Notes: generated from the sequence alone by a model not told the origin. Positions 13,794 to 26,642 are shown, counted from the first letter of the stretch. The stretch is DNA of 64,000 bases from Eledone cirrhosa (GCA_964016885.1 OZ024743.1:253766001-253830000); one strand, 5' to 3'. Program-made: numbers and translations.

Positions 13794-15182
13794 GTGTCTT
13801 TCGATATAGTGAATCTCTACACAACTATCCCACACCAATACGGACTAGAAGCAATAGGATTCTGGCTAGAGAAATATCCCAATGAGATACATGGCAGAGT
13901 AGAAAAAAGCTTCATCACCAAGGGATTAAAATTTATCTTACAGAACAACTTTTTTGATTTCGATGGCAGTACTTACAAGCAAATATCGGGGACTGCGATG
14001 GGTACAAAAGCCGTTCCAACTTATTCCAACTTAGTCATGGCATATTTAGAAGTCCAGATATATGAACAGTCCAAATCAAAATACGGATTGAACTTCCACA
14101 AATATTTATCAGAGAATTGGAAACGCTACTTGGATGATTGTCTCATTCTTTGGTCCCACACACTCGACGAACTGAATGATTTCAAAAACTTAATAAACGG
14201 CATCAATAACCACATCCAATTCACAATGGAATACAACCAAGATAAACTCCCATTTCTGGACATCTTAATCTTAAAAAAAGACACAAATATTGAAACTGAC
14301 ATACACTACAATCCAACAGATTCCAAACAATACCTGCTATTCTCCTCAAACCATCAAAAGCACACGAAGACGAACATTCCTTTTAACCTAGCAAGAAGAA
14401 TTTGTACAATTGTCTCCAATTATGAAACGCGAAATAAAAGACTTCAAGAATTAAAGGAAATTCTACTCGAAATACAGTACCCACCATTACTAATAAATAA
14501 TGGAATAGAAAGGGCTAAAGCAATAGGCATTGATGAATTACGAAAACAGAAACAAATTCAAGGTACGTCCAATATTCTATCATATATCTCAACACACAAC
14601 CCAAGAAATGCGGAAGCTTACAATACTATTCACAAGAACATACCACTACTGAAACAAGACCCAAGAATGGAAAAAGCCCTTGAAACACACAAAATAATCA
14701 AAAGCAAAAGACAACCGAAATCACTGAAAACATTACTCACCAATGCCAAATTACCTACCACAAACCCACAACCAATTGTCAAAAATTATGGTTGCTCTAA
14801 TTGTGGAACCTGCACTCACCTCATTAACGGCAACACGTATACATTTGAATCAGGACAAAATTTTGCTGTAAAAAATCACTTCACTTGCTCATAAAAAAAT
14901 CTACTTTATGCTATTAAATGTAAAGGATGCAATGAAGATTATATAGGACAAACTAAACTCACACTCAGAAACAGAATGACAGTTCATCGTCAACAATTAC
15001 GAGATCCAACCACGAGGCAGATACCACAAAGCGCACATCTAGACATATGCGCAAGTAATAAGACACCCAAATTCCAAGTCTTCCCATTTTACCTTTGCGC
15101 TGACAATACAACAGAACAAATACGAATAAATAAGGAAAATATGTTTATTCAAAAATATAGACCAGCATTAAATATGGTTTAA
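13794..15182 (+). pseudogene. Penelope RT (SFDIVNLYT, GTAMG, RYLDD, FLD) plus GIY-YIG endonuclease, with an in-frame stop at ~14892
   Basis: ORFs 13794-14894 and 14976-15182; the intervening frame reads NLLYAIKCKGCNEDYIGQT..L..RM..H. Confidence 0.92.
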
Positions 15183-16536
15183 TATACATTATGTCAACGC
15201 CATAACATGCTAACCATCTAAACAGACACATATACACACACACATAACACCTTCTACTTTAGAAAATAAAAACCCGAACTAAATAAACCTTAACATACGT
15301 TTGCGCTGACAATACAACAGAACAAATACGAATAAGTAAGGAAAATATGTTCACTCAAAAATATTCCGTTAGTAGGACTATTTTTGAGTGGACATATTTT
15401 CCTCACTTATTTTCCTACACACACACACACACACACACACATACACACACAAATATATACTCTCTTTATCTTAACATGCTAACCATACTCCCACACACAC
15501 ATAACACCCCACCCCCCACACACACAATTCCCTCCTCCATTTCTACTAATAGAATCACTTTCCTACACACATACACACACACAAAATATATATATTCTCT
15601 CCATCGTAACATACTCCCACACACACATAACACCCATATACACACACACAACTCCCTCCACCATGTTTTACTAATAGAATCATCTTCCTACACACACACA
15701 CTAGCACACAAATAAACATACACATCTCTACTTTCTTTATTTCAATAGAAAATCTGAATTCTGACACCCCAGCGAATCAGGCATATTCACTGAACCAGAA
15801 CAATTCTTCCATCCCATTTCTCTTGACCATTATCTTTTGCTTGTCATAAAATTATCTAAAAGGCTATAAAATAAATTCCCAAATACGGGCGCGAAATTTA
15901 AAGAACTTGTTCACGTGACAGTGATAATTTCATTTATAACCAATCAAATTACATTTATTTAAAAAAAGCCTTCGTGAGCCACTTTTTTAAAGTAAAGAAA
16001 TTGAAACAAACTGACGCGAAAGCTGATATACTTATTCACGTGACTACATCATCAACCAACCAAACTTCACTCATTTATGAAAAAACAACCTACTATATTC
16101 ACTGGACCAGATCGATTCTCCCATCCCATTTCTCTTGACTATTATATTTTGTTTGTCATAAAATTCTCTAAAAGGATCTCAAAATAAATTCCCAAATACG
16201 GGCGCGAAATTTAATGAACTTGTTCACGTGACAACCATAATTTCATTTATAACCAATCAAATTACATTTATAAAAAAAAACTTCGTGAGCCCCCTTCTTT
16301 TTAAGTAAAAAGAAATTCAAACACTCATATATGAAAGAACAACCTGAGTCCCCCCCCCTTGTTTGAAGAACTTTGTAACGCGAACTGGCGCGAAATTTAT
16401 TATACTTATTGACCAACCAATCAAATTACTTCTCTAAAAACCTGGCGTTCCGAGGCACTTTTTTCCATATAAAACAAGTAACATTCAAAGACCAACCATA
16501 TGTGAGAAAAACCACAGACCCTCCATCTCAACTCAA

Positions 16537-16572
16537 CTTTTGAAAAGCAGAAGAACTGCGAAACCGGTAAAG
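16537..16572 (+). ncRNA. Minimal hammerhead of the Penelope pLTR (inverted copy at 13581-13616)
   Basis: CTT-TTGAAAA-GCAG/CTGC-GAAA-CCGG-TA-AAG; the inverted copy has stem II GCGG/CTGC, keeping a G-U pair. Confidence 0.7.
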
Positions 16573-16701
16573 GAACCAAATAAATATATATATATTTAAA
16601 AAATAAGACTCCAGTTGCATTTTCGATTTCATCTTTTTTTCCTTATAATTTCACTCGTGTAGGACACCTCCGTTATTATGCATTTTGTAAAAAAACCTCA
16701 C

Positions 16702-16762
<61 letters not shown>

Positions 16763-16767
<5 letters not shown>

Positions 16768-17140
16768 ATAAAAATATGAAGACTAAAATCCAAAGAGGGG
16801 TCGTTAGGGATAAATATATATCAGATATATAAGAACCGTTGAGCAAATATTTATTAAAATAACAGATTAAAGTTTAAGCAGAGAATCGCTGCTCTCACCC
16901 TTAACGGGATCTTCTGAAACTAAGAAAGTCAGTCTGTGAACGCAGAAGTAAATATTTCAAAAAACGTTGTGACCGGAGGAAGACAAGAAGACGAAACTTT
17001 TGTTCGTTGAAACGTTCCCTGGCAAAGAACGAAAAGAAAACGAAGATAATATGTCATTACTTGGTGCCTTGAAAACTATTACACGCATAGACAAAACCAC
17101 GTTTATGGTATAAATGAAGACGTATACTAATATTCTGATA
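16763..17140 (-). mobile_element. Family A copy (variant HHR at 16871-16921)
   Basis: Homology to 11713-12400. Confidence 0.75.
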
Positions 17141-17514
17141 TATGATGTTTTATTAAATATGGATTTGAAAACAAAATTTAGGATATATGAAAGTGAGGCT
17201 GAAAAAGACGGGCAAAAAGGAAATAGGGAAAAAAATAAATATCCAGAACATAAGCATACACACGCGCATATACGTAATAGTACGTAGACGTATACTTTCT
17301 CACATAAGCGTATTTGCATCTACATAGAAATACGAACAGGAACATAAATACATACACATACATATACACAGATATATATGCACTCAAATAAGTACACACA
17401 AATACACACGCACACATTTAAAAAGGGGGTGTACCCACACATATAAACATACATACAAACAGAAACACACAAAAATACAAAGATCTATACATACGCGATT
17501 TTGTACATACACAT

Positions 17515-17564
<50 letters not shown>

Positions 17565-17621
17565 GTACACTTACATCCCCTTATACATATATACAGGCAT
17601 ACACACACACACACACACACG

Positions 17622-17674
<53 letters not shown>

Positions 17675-17689
17675 GTGGGAAAGTAAAAA

Positions 17690-19000
17690 TCGGAGAATAG
17701 ACCGTTAAAACATGTTTATTTAAAATATCACCTACGTACGTTTCGCCCAGTTGGGCTTCTCAAGGGCATAAATAATCACAAGTGTTCCATATATAGTTCG
17801 GAAAGAGTTCTGGGGGTTAAATCTACATCAAGATTCATTGCTCGCAAAAATATCTTGTTTTGATTTTGCAGCAGGTCAAGGGAGGTAACTCTGGCCGGTG
17901 TTAGGGCAGTCTTTCCCGGATAATTTTTTTTTTTTTTTGCCGCATCCGTTTGTCTGAGGCTGGGTCTGGTATGCAAGGATTGTTTTCTGGGTGATATTTT
18001 GCAGCGCCTGCCCGCCGGGGTGTTAAGACTTGTTGCAGGGAGATCCAGTGTACTATTTCACTCTTCATCCTTAACCCATCTAAAGAAGGACATTTTTAAG
18101 CGATGTGTACAACTTATCGCTGTTTCAGCTCTGCTTTTGATGAGCTCGTGGGGTGCAGTTATGATGTGGTAGAGCTCCATGAGGCAAAGATCGCATTTCC
18201 TCTTGAAGTTGTACGATGCAGCCCTGCCGACAATCTCCCAGTGCGTGGAGAAGCTGATGTTTGAGTCCTTTAGTGATGTGATTAGTCCGCGAACGGAGTG
18301 GAGTGCCTTAGTTTTCTATTTGTGAAAGAGTGGAGATGTGTTCGAAACCTAATTTTGAACGGGCCGGAGGTGGCCCCTATATAATTTTTAACGCTATTGT
18401 GGCTAGTAATAGTGCATCTATATATAACCCTATCAGTCAAGCAGTATCCTCTAAGGGGGCAGCGTCCTCTCTCGCGGCAGTTGCAATTTCTGTCGCGGTT
18501 CCGTCTATTTCCCACGGTAAGGCTATCATTGTTGCTGCCTACGTTGTTACCTACGCTACCGCAGCTGTCGTTAGCACAATTACAACCCACAGCACGCGGG
18601 ATGGTGCGATTGTTATTCCGCACGGCATGTTCTGCATGTTCCCCAGTCACTTCGCGGTCATTCTGGTTGCGTCTGCGGATGCCGTTGCCAACACTATTGG
18701 ATGCTGCCAGGGAGTTGTTAAGGCCGATATAGTTATTGTCAGGTGTAGGTGCGTCTGTGTCGAGGTACTGTGTCTTGGTGATCTTACTGTGGTTCGTTAT
18801 TCCTATGATGTCTGCTAGGTTAGGAGTAGTAGAGAAGGATATTTTTATATTGTTCCTATTAAGAATTTTTCTATACCTATGGTTGGGCGGGAAGTTCTTC
18901 TCTAAGGCTTCGAAGAATATCCGGGGTATGTTGGAGGCCACACTCCGAGAGTAGGGGGGGGGGGGAACCATAGGACGTTACGGTGGCGATTACGCGTCCT
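17690..19000 (-). mobile_element. Penelope-like element 3' part (GIY-YIG) with terminal hammerhead at 17730-17767
   Basis: ORF 18282-18971 contains PPYS..V..NI, CNCR...CPL.G.CL...IY......NYIG....FK.R...H..SF. HHR reads CC-TTGAGAA-GCCC/GGGC-GAAA-CGTACG-TA-GG. Confidence 0.88.
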
Positions 19001-19450
19001 TGTACTTTTGCTACGGGTGGTTCCATCTAAGTGACCGCTCTTATGTGTGTTAATGCGCAGTCGCCCGTTCGGTGCCCCTTTCACTTTATGCTCGGGTGCA
19101 CTCTTTCTACCTCTTCCATGTTTATGTACACCAAGATGTTGGTTGGAAGGCCTTGGTAGTAGGCCGTCGCCTTTGTTGGTTTTGTAATAGAGGAATAGTT
19201 TGAGTAATCTACAGTGTTCACCGTCGCCGGGGACGTGATCTTTGGTGCGGTTATCTATTCTATTAAATCCGACTTCAACGAGGTCGCCGCGTGATCGGTT
19301 ATAGGTATGGCTTACTATAACGTTAGTTTTATGAGGGGGGGAGGTCTAGAGCTAGCGTTATGGATGTATGAATAACTGGGACAAAATAATCCGAATGGAT
19401 TAGATTGATTCAGTATCAGAGTTATATAATACATTATAAAGAGAAGAAAC

Positions 19451-19492
<42 letters not shown>

Positions 19493-19589
19493 CAGGCGAT
19501 CGACTTTTTGTCAAATCGGACCGAGGAAACAGTGTTTCCATTGGTCTTTCCAATTGCTAATACTATCTATCGGTCGCAACTCCAGGTAG

Positions 19590-19712
19590 AAGGAGCAGCG
19601 TGAAATAAAGTGTCTTGCCCAAGGACATAACGCATCGCTTGGTCCGGGAATCGAACTCACAACCTCACGATTGCGAATCTAATTCTCTAACCACTCAGCC
19701 ACGCGCCTCCAC
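19590..19712 (-). mobile_element. tRNA-derived SINE head (similar copies at ~31545-31790 + and ~63550-63655 -)
   Basis: A-box TGGCTGAGTGG, B-box GTTCGATTC, then TGTCCTTGGGCAAGACAC. Confidence 0.8.
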
Positions 19713-19713
19713 C

Positions 19714-19746
<33 letters not shown>

Positions 19747-19899
19747 TACATACACACACACATTTATATTTATATATATATATATATATATATATAAACA
19801 ATATACAGAAACACACAGATACATGCGGACACATACATATACATGAATATATCCACATATATCATTGCATTAGTGGTGCCAACCTCAACCGATGTTGCT

Positions 19900-20249
19900 C
19901 TATGAATAACTGGAACAAAATAATCCGAATGGATTAGATTGATTCAGTATCAGAGTTATATAATACATTATAAAGAGAAGAAACATTAGATATAATTAAT
20001 AAGATATACCATACCCAAATTCCTCTATTACTCCTCGACTACGTAGTTTCGTGGCATATTATGCAAAAACACTACATCATAGAGATATAGAATTTTTGTG
20101 AGGTCTGCCGACTTATCAAGACGATACCTCATTAAAAGTTTCAAAACACATCCGTAGGACGCTACGTAGTCGAGGAGTAATGAAGGAATTTGGGTATGGT
20201 ATATCTTATTAATTATATCTAATGTTTCTTCTCTTTATAATGCATTATA
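19900..20249. mobile_element. Inverted-repeat PLE-like remnant with degenerate hammerhead (20031-20094, -)
   Basis: Arms ~19958-20046 and 20162-20249. GAAA-CTACGTAG-TC-GAG. 19900-19985 is duplicated at ~19367-19454. Confidence 0.65.
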
Positions 20250-20264
20250 TATATATATATATAT

Positions 20265-22400
20265 AAAATAAAATTTATAAGTCAAATGTTTAAAATTTGG
20301 CTTCGTTTATTACTGCTATATATATTTCGGTGACAGCCATCTTTGGCTGTGACCTCCTCAGGCAGTCCGAATTAGTGTGGTAGAGACGAGTGCACATGTT
20401 GTTGAGGTGTTTAACTTTGTCAATACTCTGATATGCCCAGTTCCTGGTTGGGTTGTTATTTCACTGACGAACTAGAATCATATGAATTTAAACAAACGAA
20501 TTTTAGTGTCAAAGGACATATTCTCCTCTTATTGGTCAGTTGTGAGAACATTCCTCAGTCAAAAGTCTATAGAAATTCGTACTGAGGCGAGGCAATATGA
20601 CATGGTTGTTCTTGTTATTGTTAAGTACATCTGACCTCTACTCTTATGTTGGTAGTGGTGTTCGTGTTGGAGTCAGCTAAAAAAAATGATAAAGTGGTAG
20701 AAGGAATAAGATGGTAAAGGAACAATAAAAAATAATCAAATAAAATGTGTGTGTGTTATACCCAATCTCAATGTTAGAAAGGTTTGTAAGGTCACTCCTC
20801 CCATTGCTCAGTTTTCAGAGCATTCCTCAGTCAAAACTCTATAGAAATTCTTTCAGAGGTGAGGCTACCTGTAGTGTTTGTTAAGTACATCTAACCTCTA
20901 CCCTTATTTTGGTAGTGGTGTTGGTGTTGTGGTCAGCCTATGTCTTGCTGCTGCTGACATTTAGAAGTATCTGTGTGTGTTTCTTCATCCATCCTGCCAC
21001 CATTTCTCGTGGTGGTGGTGGGGGTGGGGTCTGCCATGTACATGAAGAAATAGAAGGCAATAAAATGAAGAAAACATAAAATAAATAATAAATAGAAAAT
21101 AAATGAAAAATTCATGAAAAATGAAAATGAAAAATGAAAAATTAAAATTGAAAATTGAAAAATGAAAAATGAAAAATGAAAAATGAAAAATGAAAAATGA
21201 AAAATGAAAAATGAAAAATGAAAAATGAAAAATGAAAAATGAAAAATGAAAAATGAAAAATGAAAAATGAAAAATGAAAAATGAGAAATGAAAAATGAAA
21301 AATGAAAAATGAAAAATGAAAAATGAAAAATGAAAAATGAAAAATGAAAAATAAAAATGACGATTCAAATAAAATAAAATGTGTGTTTTGCTATAACCAA
21401 TCTCAAAGTCAGAAAGATGTTGGATAAAGTGGTAGGAGGAACAAGAAGGTAAAAGAATAAAAGAATAAAACGAAATAAGATAATCAAATAAAATGTGTGT
21501 GTGTTATAAAGATGTTGGCTAAATTAGAAAGGCTGTGTCAGAATCAATGTCTAGGCTATCATGTTGTCTGCTCAGCCTGGGTGGGTCCCTATGGCTTGAG
21601 GGGAGTTGCCAACCTATGGTTTTGTTACTGCCCATATATCTTGCGGGAGGTCTGGCCGAGAGGTGTCTACATGATCTGGAGAAGTCCCTATAGTTTGAGG
21701 GGAGTTCACATCTCAGTGTGTTGCTACTGTCCATATAGCTTGATGTCTCTGCATGTCCCGAAGAAGTCGGTTCTGAGATTTATCAGGCGGCTTCCACCTC
21801 TTAGAATCTCAAGGATCTCGTTCAGTTTGCATATACCAGATCCCCCTTTATCGTGTGGTACTTTCCTGATTATGGACCAGGCCAGAGAGTACGGGGTCCT
21901 TTCCAGCTTAAGCTTCCAGATCAGGTCGGGAAGGGCCGTACTTTTACTTTTGGCCTCCTTATTGAAGGAATGATGATGGTTATACCAACCGTCTTTAAAG
22001 ATCGTTTATGTGGCTCCTGGGGGTTTTAACCCTACATCCGTATATTAGGTTTTCCTTAAGGCATTAATTACTAAGGGGGCATGATTCGGGGTTTCTGCAG
22101 TTGCAGAGGGTGGTCGACCTCTGCGTGCCTAGTGTGGGGTTCCCATTACGTGTTACATGGTGGTTTTCCCCCGGGCACGGTGGGCGTCCCCGACTCTGTT
22201 TGAGTTTCTTGGGTGGGCACTAGGTACCCCTTCCCTCCTTCCACATGGCTCTGCTGGGTGCTTATATTGCCATCTTCTGGTTGTGTGTGGTTTTTAAGCC
22301 TACTCCTGTTGATGCTAGCTATGTGTTGCGCCAGATTTCTCGTGGTGGAATCTCGTGAAGATCTTGTGGTATCCATGGTCCCTCGGGAAGCTTGTGGTTC
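20265..22400 (-). mobile_element. Decayed Penelope-like element (GIY-YIG remnant ~21730-22010) with 3' hammerhead at 20312-20366
   Basis: Minus frame FKDGWYNHHHSF...LINLRTDFFGTCR. HHR reads ACTGC-CTGAGGA-long stem II-GAAA-TATATA-TA-GCAGT. Confidence 0.82.
21104..21360. repeat. (GAAAAAT)n minisatellite
   Basis: Direct reading. Confidence 0.97.
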
Positions 22401-22535
22401 TTAAATTGTGATAGGCAAACCCTATTGTCTATAGTTAGTATTCTTTTAACCTTAGCGAATCTGGTCCCTTGCTATTTGAACACATATATGTATATATCTG
22501 TGTTCGTTTTTCTTTTATATTCAATTATATATATA

Positions 22536-23794
22536 TAAACGGAAAAAGTGAAACGAAATTTCATTTCTCACTCTTAGTACGGCTGTTACTTAAATATAAG
22601 TATGTATACGTACATACATATAAGTATACAGACGTACAGTAGTATGTATATATATATACATACAGCACACATATATATGTGTACGTATCGATTCACCGAA
22701 CATTTATTATAATGCTCGGTGTGTTTGTAAACAGACATCCAGTATTAAGTCGTACAGTGTCTAGCAACCATCGTTGCTCATTTGTTCAACACTGACAAAG
22801 GAACGCTGTACTAGTTCCAAGCTTATTAGCTATCGTCAGCAACGTATACTTTCCTGCCAGGTGGTTGAACGTCTGAAAGTATATACTTTCCTTATGCATA
22901 TTAACGGCTGAGCAGCCTAATTTGCATATCGAGTGAGTTAATCGGCCGAGGTACCGAAAATGATAAACGGAAAAAATGAAACGAAATTTCATTTCTCACT
23001 CTTAGTACGGCTGTCACTTAAATATAAGTATGTATACGTACATACATATATGTATACATACGTACAGTAGTATGTATACATATATACATACATGCACACA
23101 TCTGGCACGAAGGTATACGTTGCTGACGATAGCTAATAAGCTTGAAATTAGTAAAGCGTTCCTTCGGCAGTGTTGAACAAATGAGCAACGATGGTTGCTA
23201 TACACTGTACGGCTTAATTCGGGATGTTTGTTTACAAACACACCGAGCATCATCATAAATGTTAGGTGAATCCATACGTACATATATATATGTCTGCATG
23301 TATGTATATATGTATACATACTACTGTACGTCTGTATACATATATGTATGTACGTATACATAATTATATTTAAGTAACAGCCGTACTATGAGTGAGAAAT
23401 GAAATTTCGTTTCATTTTTTCCTTTTATCGTTTTCGGTACCCCGGCCGATTAACTCACTCGATATGCAAATTAGGGTACTCAGTCGTTAATATGCATAAG
23501 GAAAGTATATACTTTCAGACATTCAACCATCCGGCAGGAAGGTATATGTTGCTGACGATAGCTAATAAGCTTGAAACTAGTACAGCGTTCCTTTGTCAGG
23601 GTTGAACAAATGACCAACGATGGTTGCTAGACACTGTACGGCTTAATTCGGGATGTTTGTTACAAACACACCGAGCATTATCATAAATGTTCGGTGAATC
23701 CATACGTACATATATATATATGTGTGCATGTATGTATATATGTATACATACTACTGTACGTCTGTATACAAATATGTATGTACGTATACATACT

Positions 23795-23797
<3 letters not shown>
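22536..23797. mobile_element. Retrozyme-like tandem ~428-nt hammerhead repeat with internal inversion at ~23101
   Basis: Unit start TAAACGGAAAAA at 22536 and 22964. HHRs at 22805-22843 (-), 23119-23157 (+) and 23548-23586 (+). No credible ORF. Confidence 0.85.
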
Positions 23798-23826
<29 letters not shown>

Positions 23827-24388
23827 CACATATACATGTATATATACCTATACACACATACAAACACACACACATATGTATATATATATATAAATAAATA
23901 TACATACATATTTATATACATATATACATACACATACACACCCATATATATACACATACATACATATACATACACATCCACATACATACACATACAAAAA
24001 AAAAGAAACCTACAATAAATTAGATAGATGAATCTCAAAGGTACATAACCCACGTACATACGTACACATATATATATGAATATATATATATGTGTGTATA
24101 ATTTCATCTCTGTTTTTGTTGTCTTTTCTACTTTTTCTTTTGCTGTTCTACATTTGCAAACTGATGATTACAAATTAGCACTGTTTGTGTTTAATAAGTT
24201 CTTGAAATATTATAATTGAGATAATCATTAATACATTTCAAAGTCCACTGAATTAAAAACAGTAAATAACAAAATAACAAAAACTATCCAATGGTGTTTT
24301 TTCTTTTTTTTTTGTCAATTTTAAACCTTAGTGAAATTTTAATCTGAAGATATGATCAAAAGAATCATTAATATCAAATATTTATATA

Positions 24389-24570
<182 letters not shown>

Positions 24571-24742
24571 AATGGCTTTTACAGGACTAGAACTTTTTCA
24601 TATGAAAGAAATCATCAGAAAATCTTTGATAATTACTTTCAAATGAAACAGTTCTATTCGTGTAGAAGCCAATTCTATATGAAATGTGTTGTATATACTC
24701 TACTAATGTAATGAAGATTTTACTTACCTATTGAACCCGAGA

Positions 24743-24795
<53 letters not shown>

Positions 24796-24797
<2 letters not shown>

Positions 24798-25240
24798 TGT
24801 TATACATTGGGAGGGTCATGTTGCCAATCAGCACCAGCTGCTTTCACTTCAATTTATTATAATAAATTTATAAATTCAGGAATTTATAAATTTCCGGTTG
24901 GTTGGTTGGTTGGTTCCACAAGCGGATGACTGTTTATATATTGTCAAAGTTATTTCGTCACACATTCTGTGACCTCTTCAGTGACAGGAGTTTCTTTTCT
25001 TTGTTGTTGTGCCTCTCCTTTGTTCTGTCCTACGCTATCTTGTTTTTGTGTGTGTTGTGTGCTTAGTTTGCGCATGTGTTACATCCGGGTGTCTGTGTGT
25101 GTTTATATTTGTTTATTTATGTGTTTATTTACATGTTACTGGTTGGTTGTTTATTCTATGTGCGTGTGTGTTTTCATTATATATATAAGTATTGAAATTT
25201 CCGGTGAAAATTGAAAATGTCAGAGGAATGAATAGTGCTC
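24796..25240 (-). mobile_element. PLE pLTR-like remnant with hammerhead motif at 24942-24986
   Basis: TGTCA-CTGAAGA-G-GTCACA/TGTGAC-GAAA-TAAC-TT-TGACA (stem III degenerate). A similar terminus occurs at 63953. Confidence 0.6.
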
Positions 25241-25262
25241 TATGTAAGTTACAGAGCTAAAT

Positions 25263-25357
25263 ATTTAATGTATAATAAACAATACAATATAATTACCTCA
25301 TTACCAAACCTTTTGTAATGAGGTAAGTATATTGTATTGTTTATTATACATTAAATA
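25263..25357. repeat. Near-perfect ~42-bp-arm hairpin
   Basis: ATTTAATGTATAATAAACAATACAATAT...ATATTGTATTGTTTATTATACATTAAAT. Confidence 0.9.
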
Positions 25358-25440
25358 AATATATATATATCGTGTTTCTTTAGAAATACGAAATTTCTAT
25401 ACATATCTGTATACACCTATGCTTTAAGCTAAATCCTATG

Positions 25441-25478
<38 letters not shown>

Positions 25479-25504
25479 GTTTGACATTACATATATATAT
25501 ATAT

Positions 25505-26329
25505 AATTAATAATAATACATTTCAAGACTAAAATCCAAAGAGGGCTCGATAAGGATAAATATATATCAAATATATAAGAACCGTAGAGCAAATATTTAT
25601 TAAAATAACAGATTAAAGTTTAAGCAAAGAATCCCTGCTTTCACCGAACATTCGTGATGTAGGTATGTTTGCGCTTGTTATTTAAGTTTTTATTTATATA
25701 CGTTTATATATTATTTATTTATTTATTTGTATACACGCATACACACACGCACATATTTATATGCATGTGGTTTTGTATACCTATGGTAAGTGTTTTGCGT
25801 ATGCTTGTGTATGTACGTATTTGTTTGCGTGTATTTATTTCTATTACTTCTGTATTTATTTACTTTGTTCTTAACTCTGTAGCGGAGATTCATTCGGTCT
25901 CCTAGTTAGAATTTTAGTCTACGACTTCTGCTATACCATTTACGTGGTTTTGTCTTTGCGTGCTATTGTTCTCCACGCTCCACATATGACGTATTATCTT
26001 CGTTTTTTTCGTTCATTGCCAGAGAACGTCTCTATGAACCACCTAAGAGAACATTAGTCTACGACCTCTTTTATACCATAAACGTGGTTCTGTCTTTGCG
26101 CGTAATAGTTTTTCACCGCTCCTATTAATGACGTATCTTATTCGTTTTTTCCCGTTCTTTGCCTGTGAACGTTTCCACGAACCAAAGTATCGTGTTCCTG
26201 TCTTCCTCCGGTTGCAACGTTTTTTGAAATATCCAGTTCTGCGTTTACAGATTGACTTTGTTAGTTTCAGAAGATCCCGTTAAGGGTGAAAGCAGGGATT
26301 CTTTGCTTAAACTTTAATCTGTTATTTTA

Positions 26330-26335
<6 letters not shown>
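25505..26335 (+). mobile_element. Family A copy with inverted partial end (25525-25645); variant HHR at 26263-26313
   Basis: Homology to other family A copies; inverted arrangement; (TA)n flanks. Confidence 0.78.
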
Positions 26336-26370
<35 letters not shown>

Positions 26371-26372
<2 letters not shown>

Positions 26373-26565
26373 AACGAGTAGGACCCCGACGGCTGACCTC
26401 AAGCCGTTTCCTCGGCTAATTCTGGACTAGTCCAGAATTAGCCGTCTAAACGGATTGAGCTCAGCCGTCGGGGTCCTACTCGTTCCTATTACCCACTCTA
26501 CTACCCTAAGCATTGAGTACGTTGGTGCGTTTTGGTCCATCTGGTTCCTTACCACATTTACTTCG

Positions 26566-26568
<3 letters not shown>
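26371..26568 (+). mobile_element. Short fold-back element in (TA)n (relatives at 57606-57790, 49940-50070, 51107-51152)
   Basis: Palindrome 26371-26486 plus a shared ~80-nt tail CCCACTCTACTACCCT...GGTCCATCTGGTTCCT. Confidence 0.8.

Positions 26569-26642
<74 letters not shown>

Larger units (their letters stand above)
13506..16708 (+). mobile_element. Penelope-like element, 5'-truncated, with inverted pseudo-LTR at the 5' junction
   Basis: RT and GIY-YIG ORFs. 13506-13766 is the reverse complement of ~16387-16645. Flanked by (TA)n/(CA)n. Confidence 0.95.

Noticed and set aside
19610-19712. tRNA gene
   Set aside because: tRNA-like head lacks a proper cloverleaf and continues into a SINE core found in multiple copies
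21104-21360. Telomere-like or CRISPR-like array
   Set aside because: Simple 7-bp minisatellite without spacers, inside a PLE
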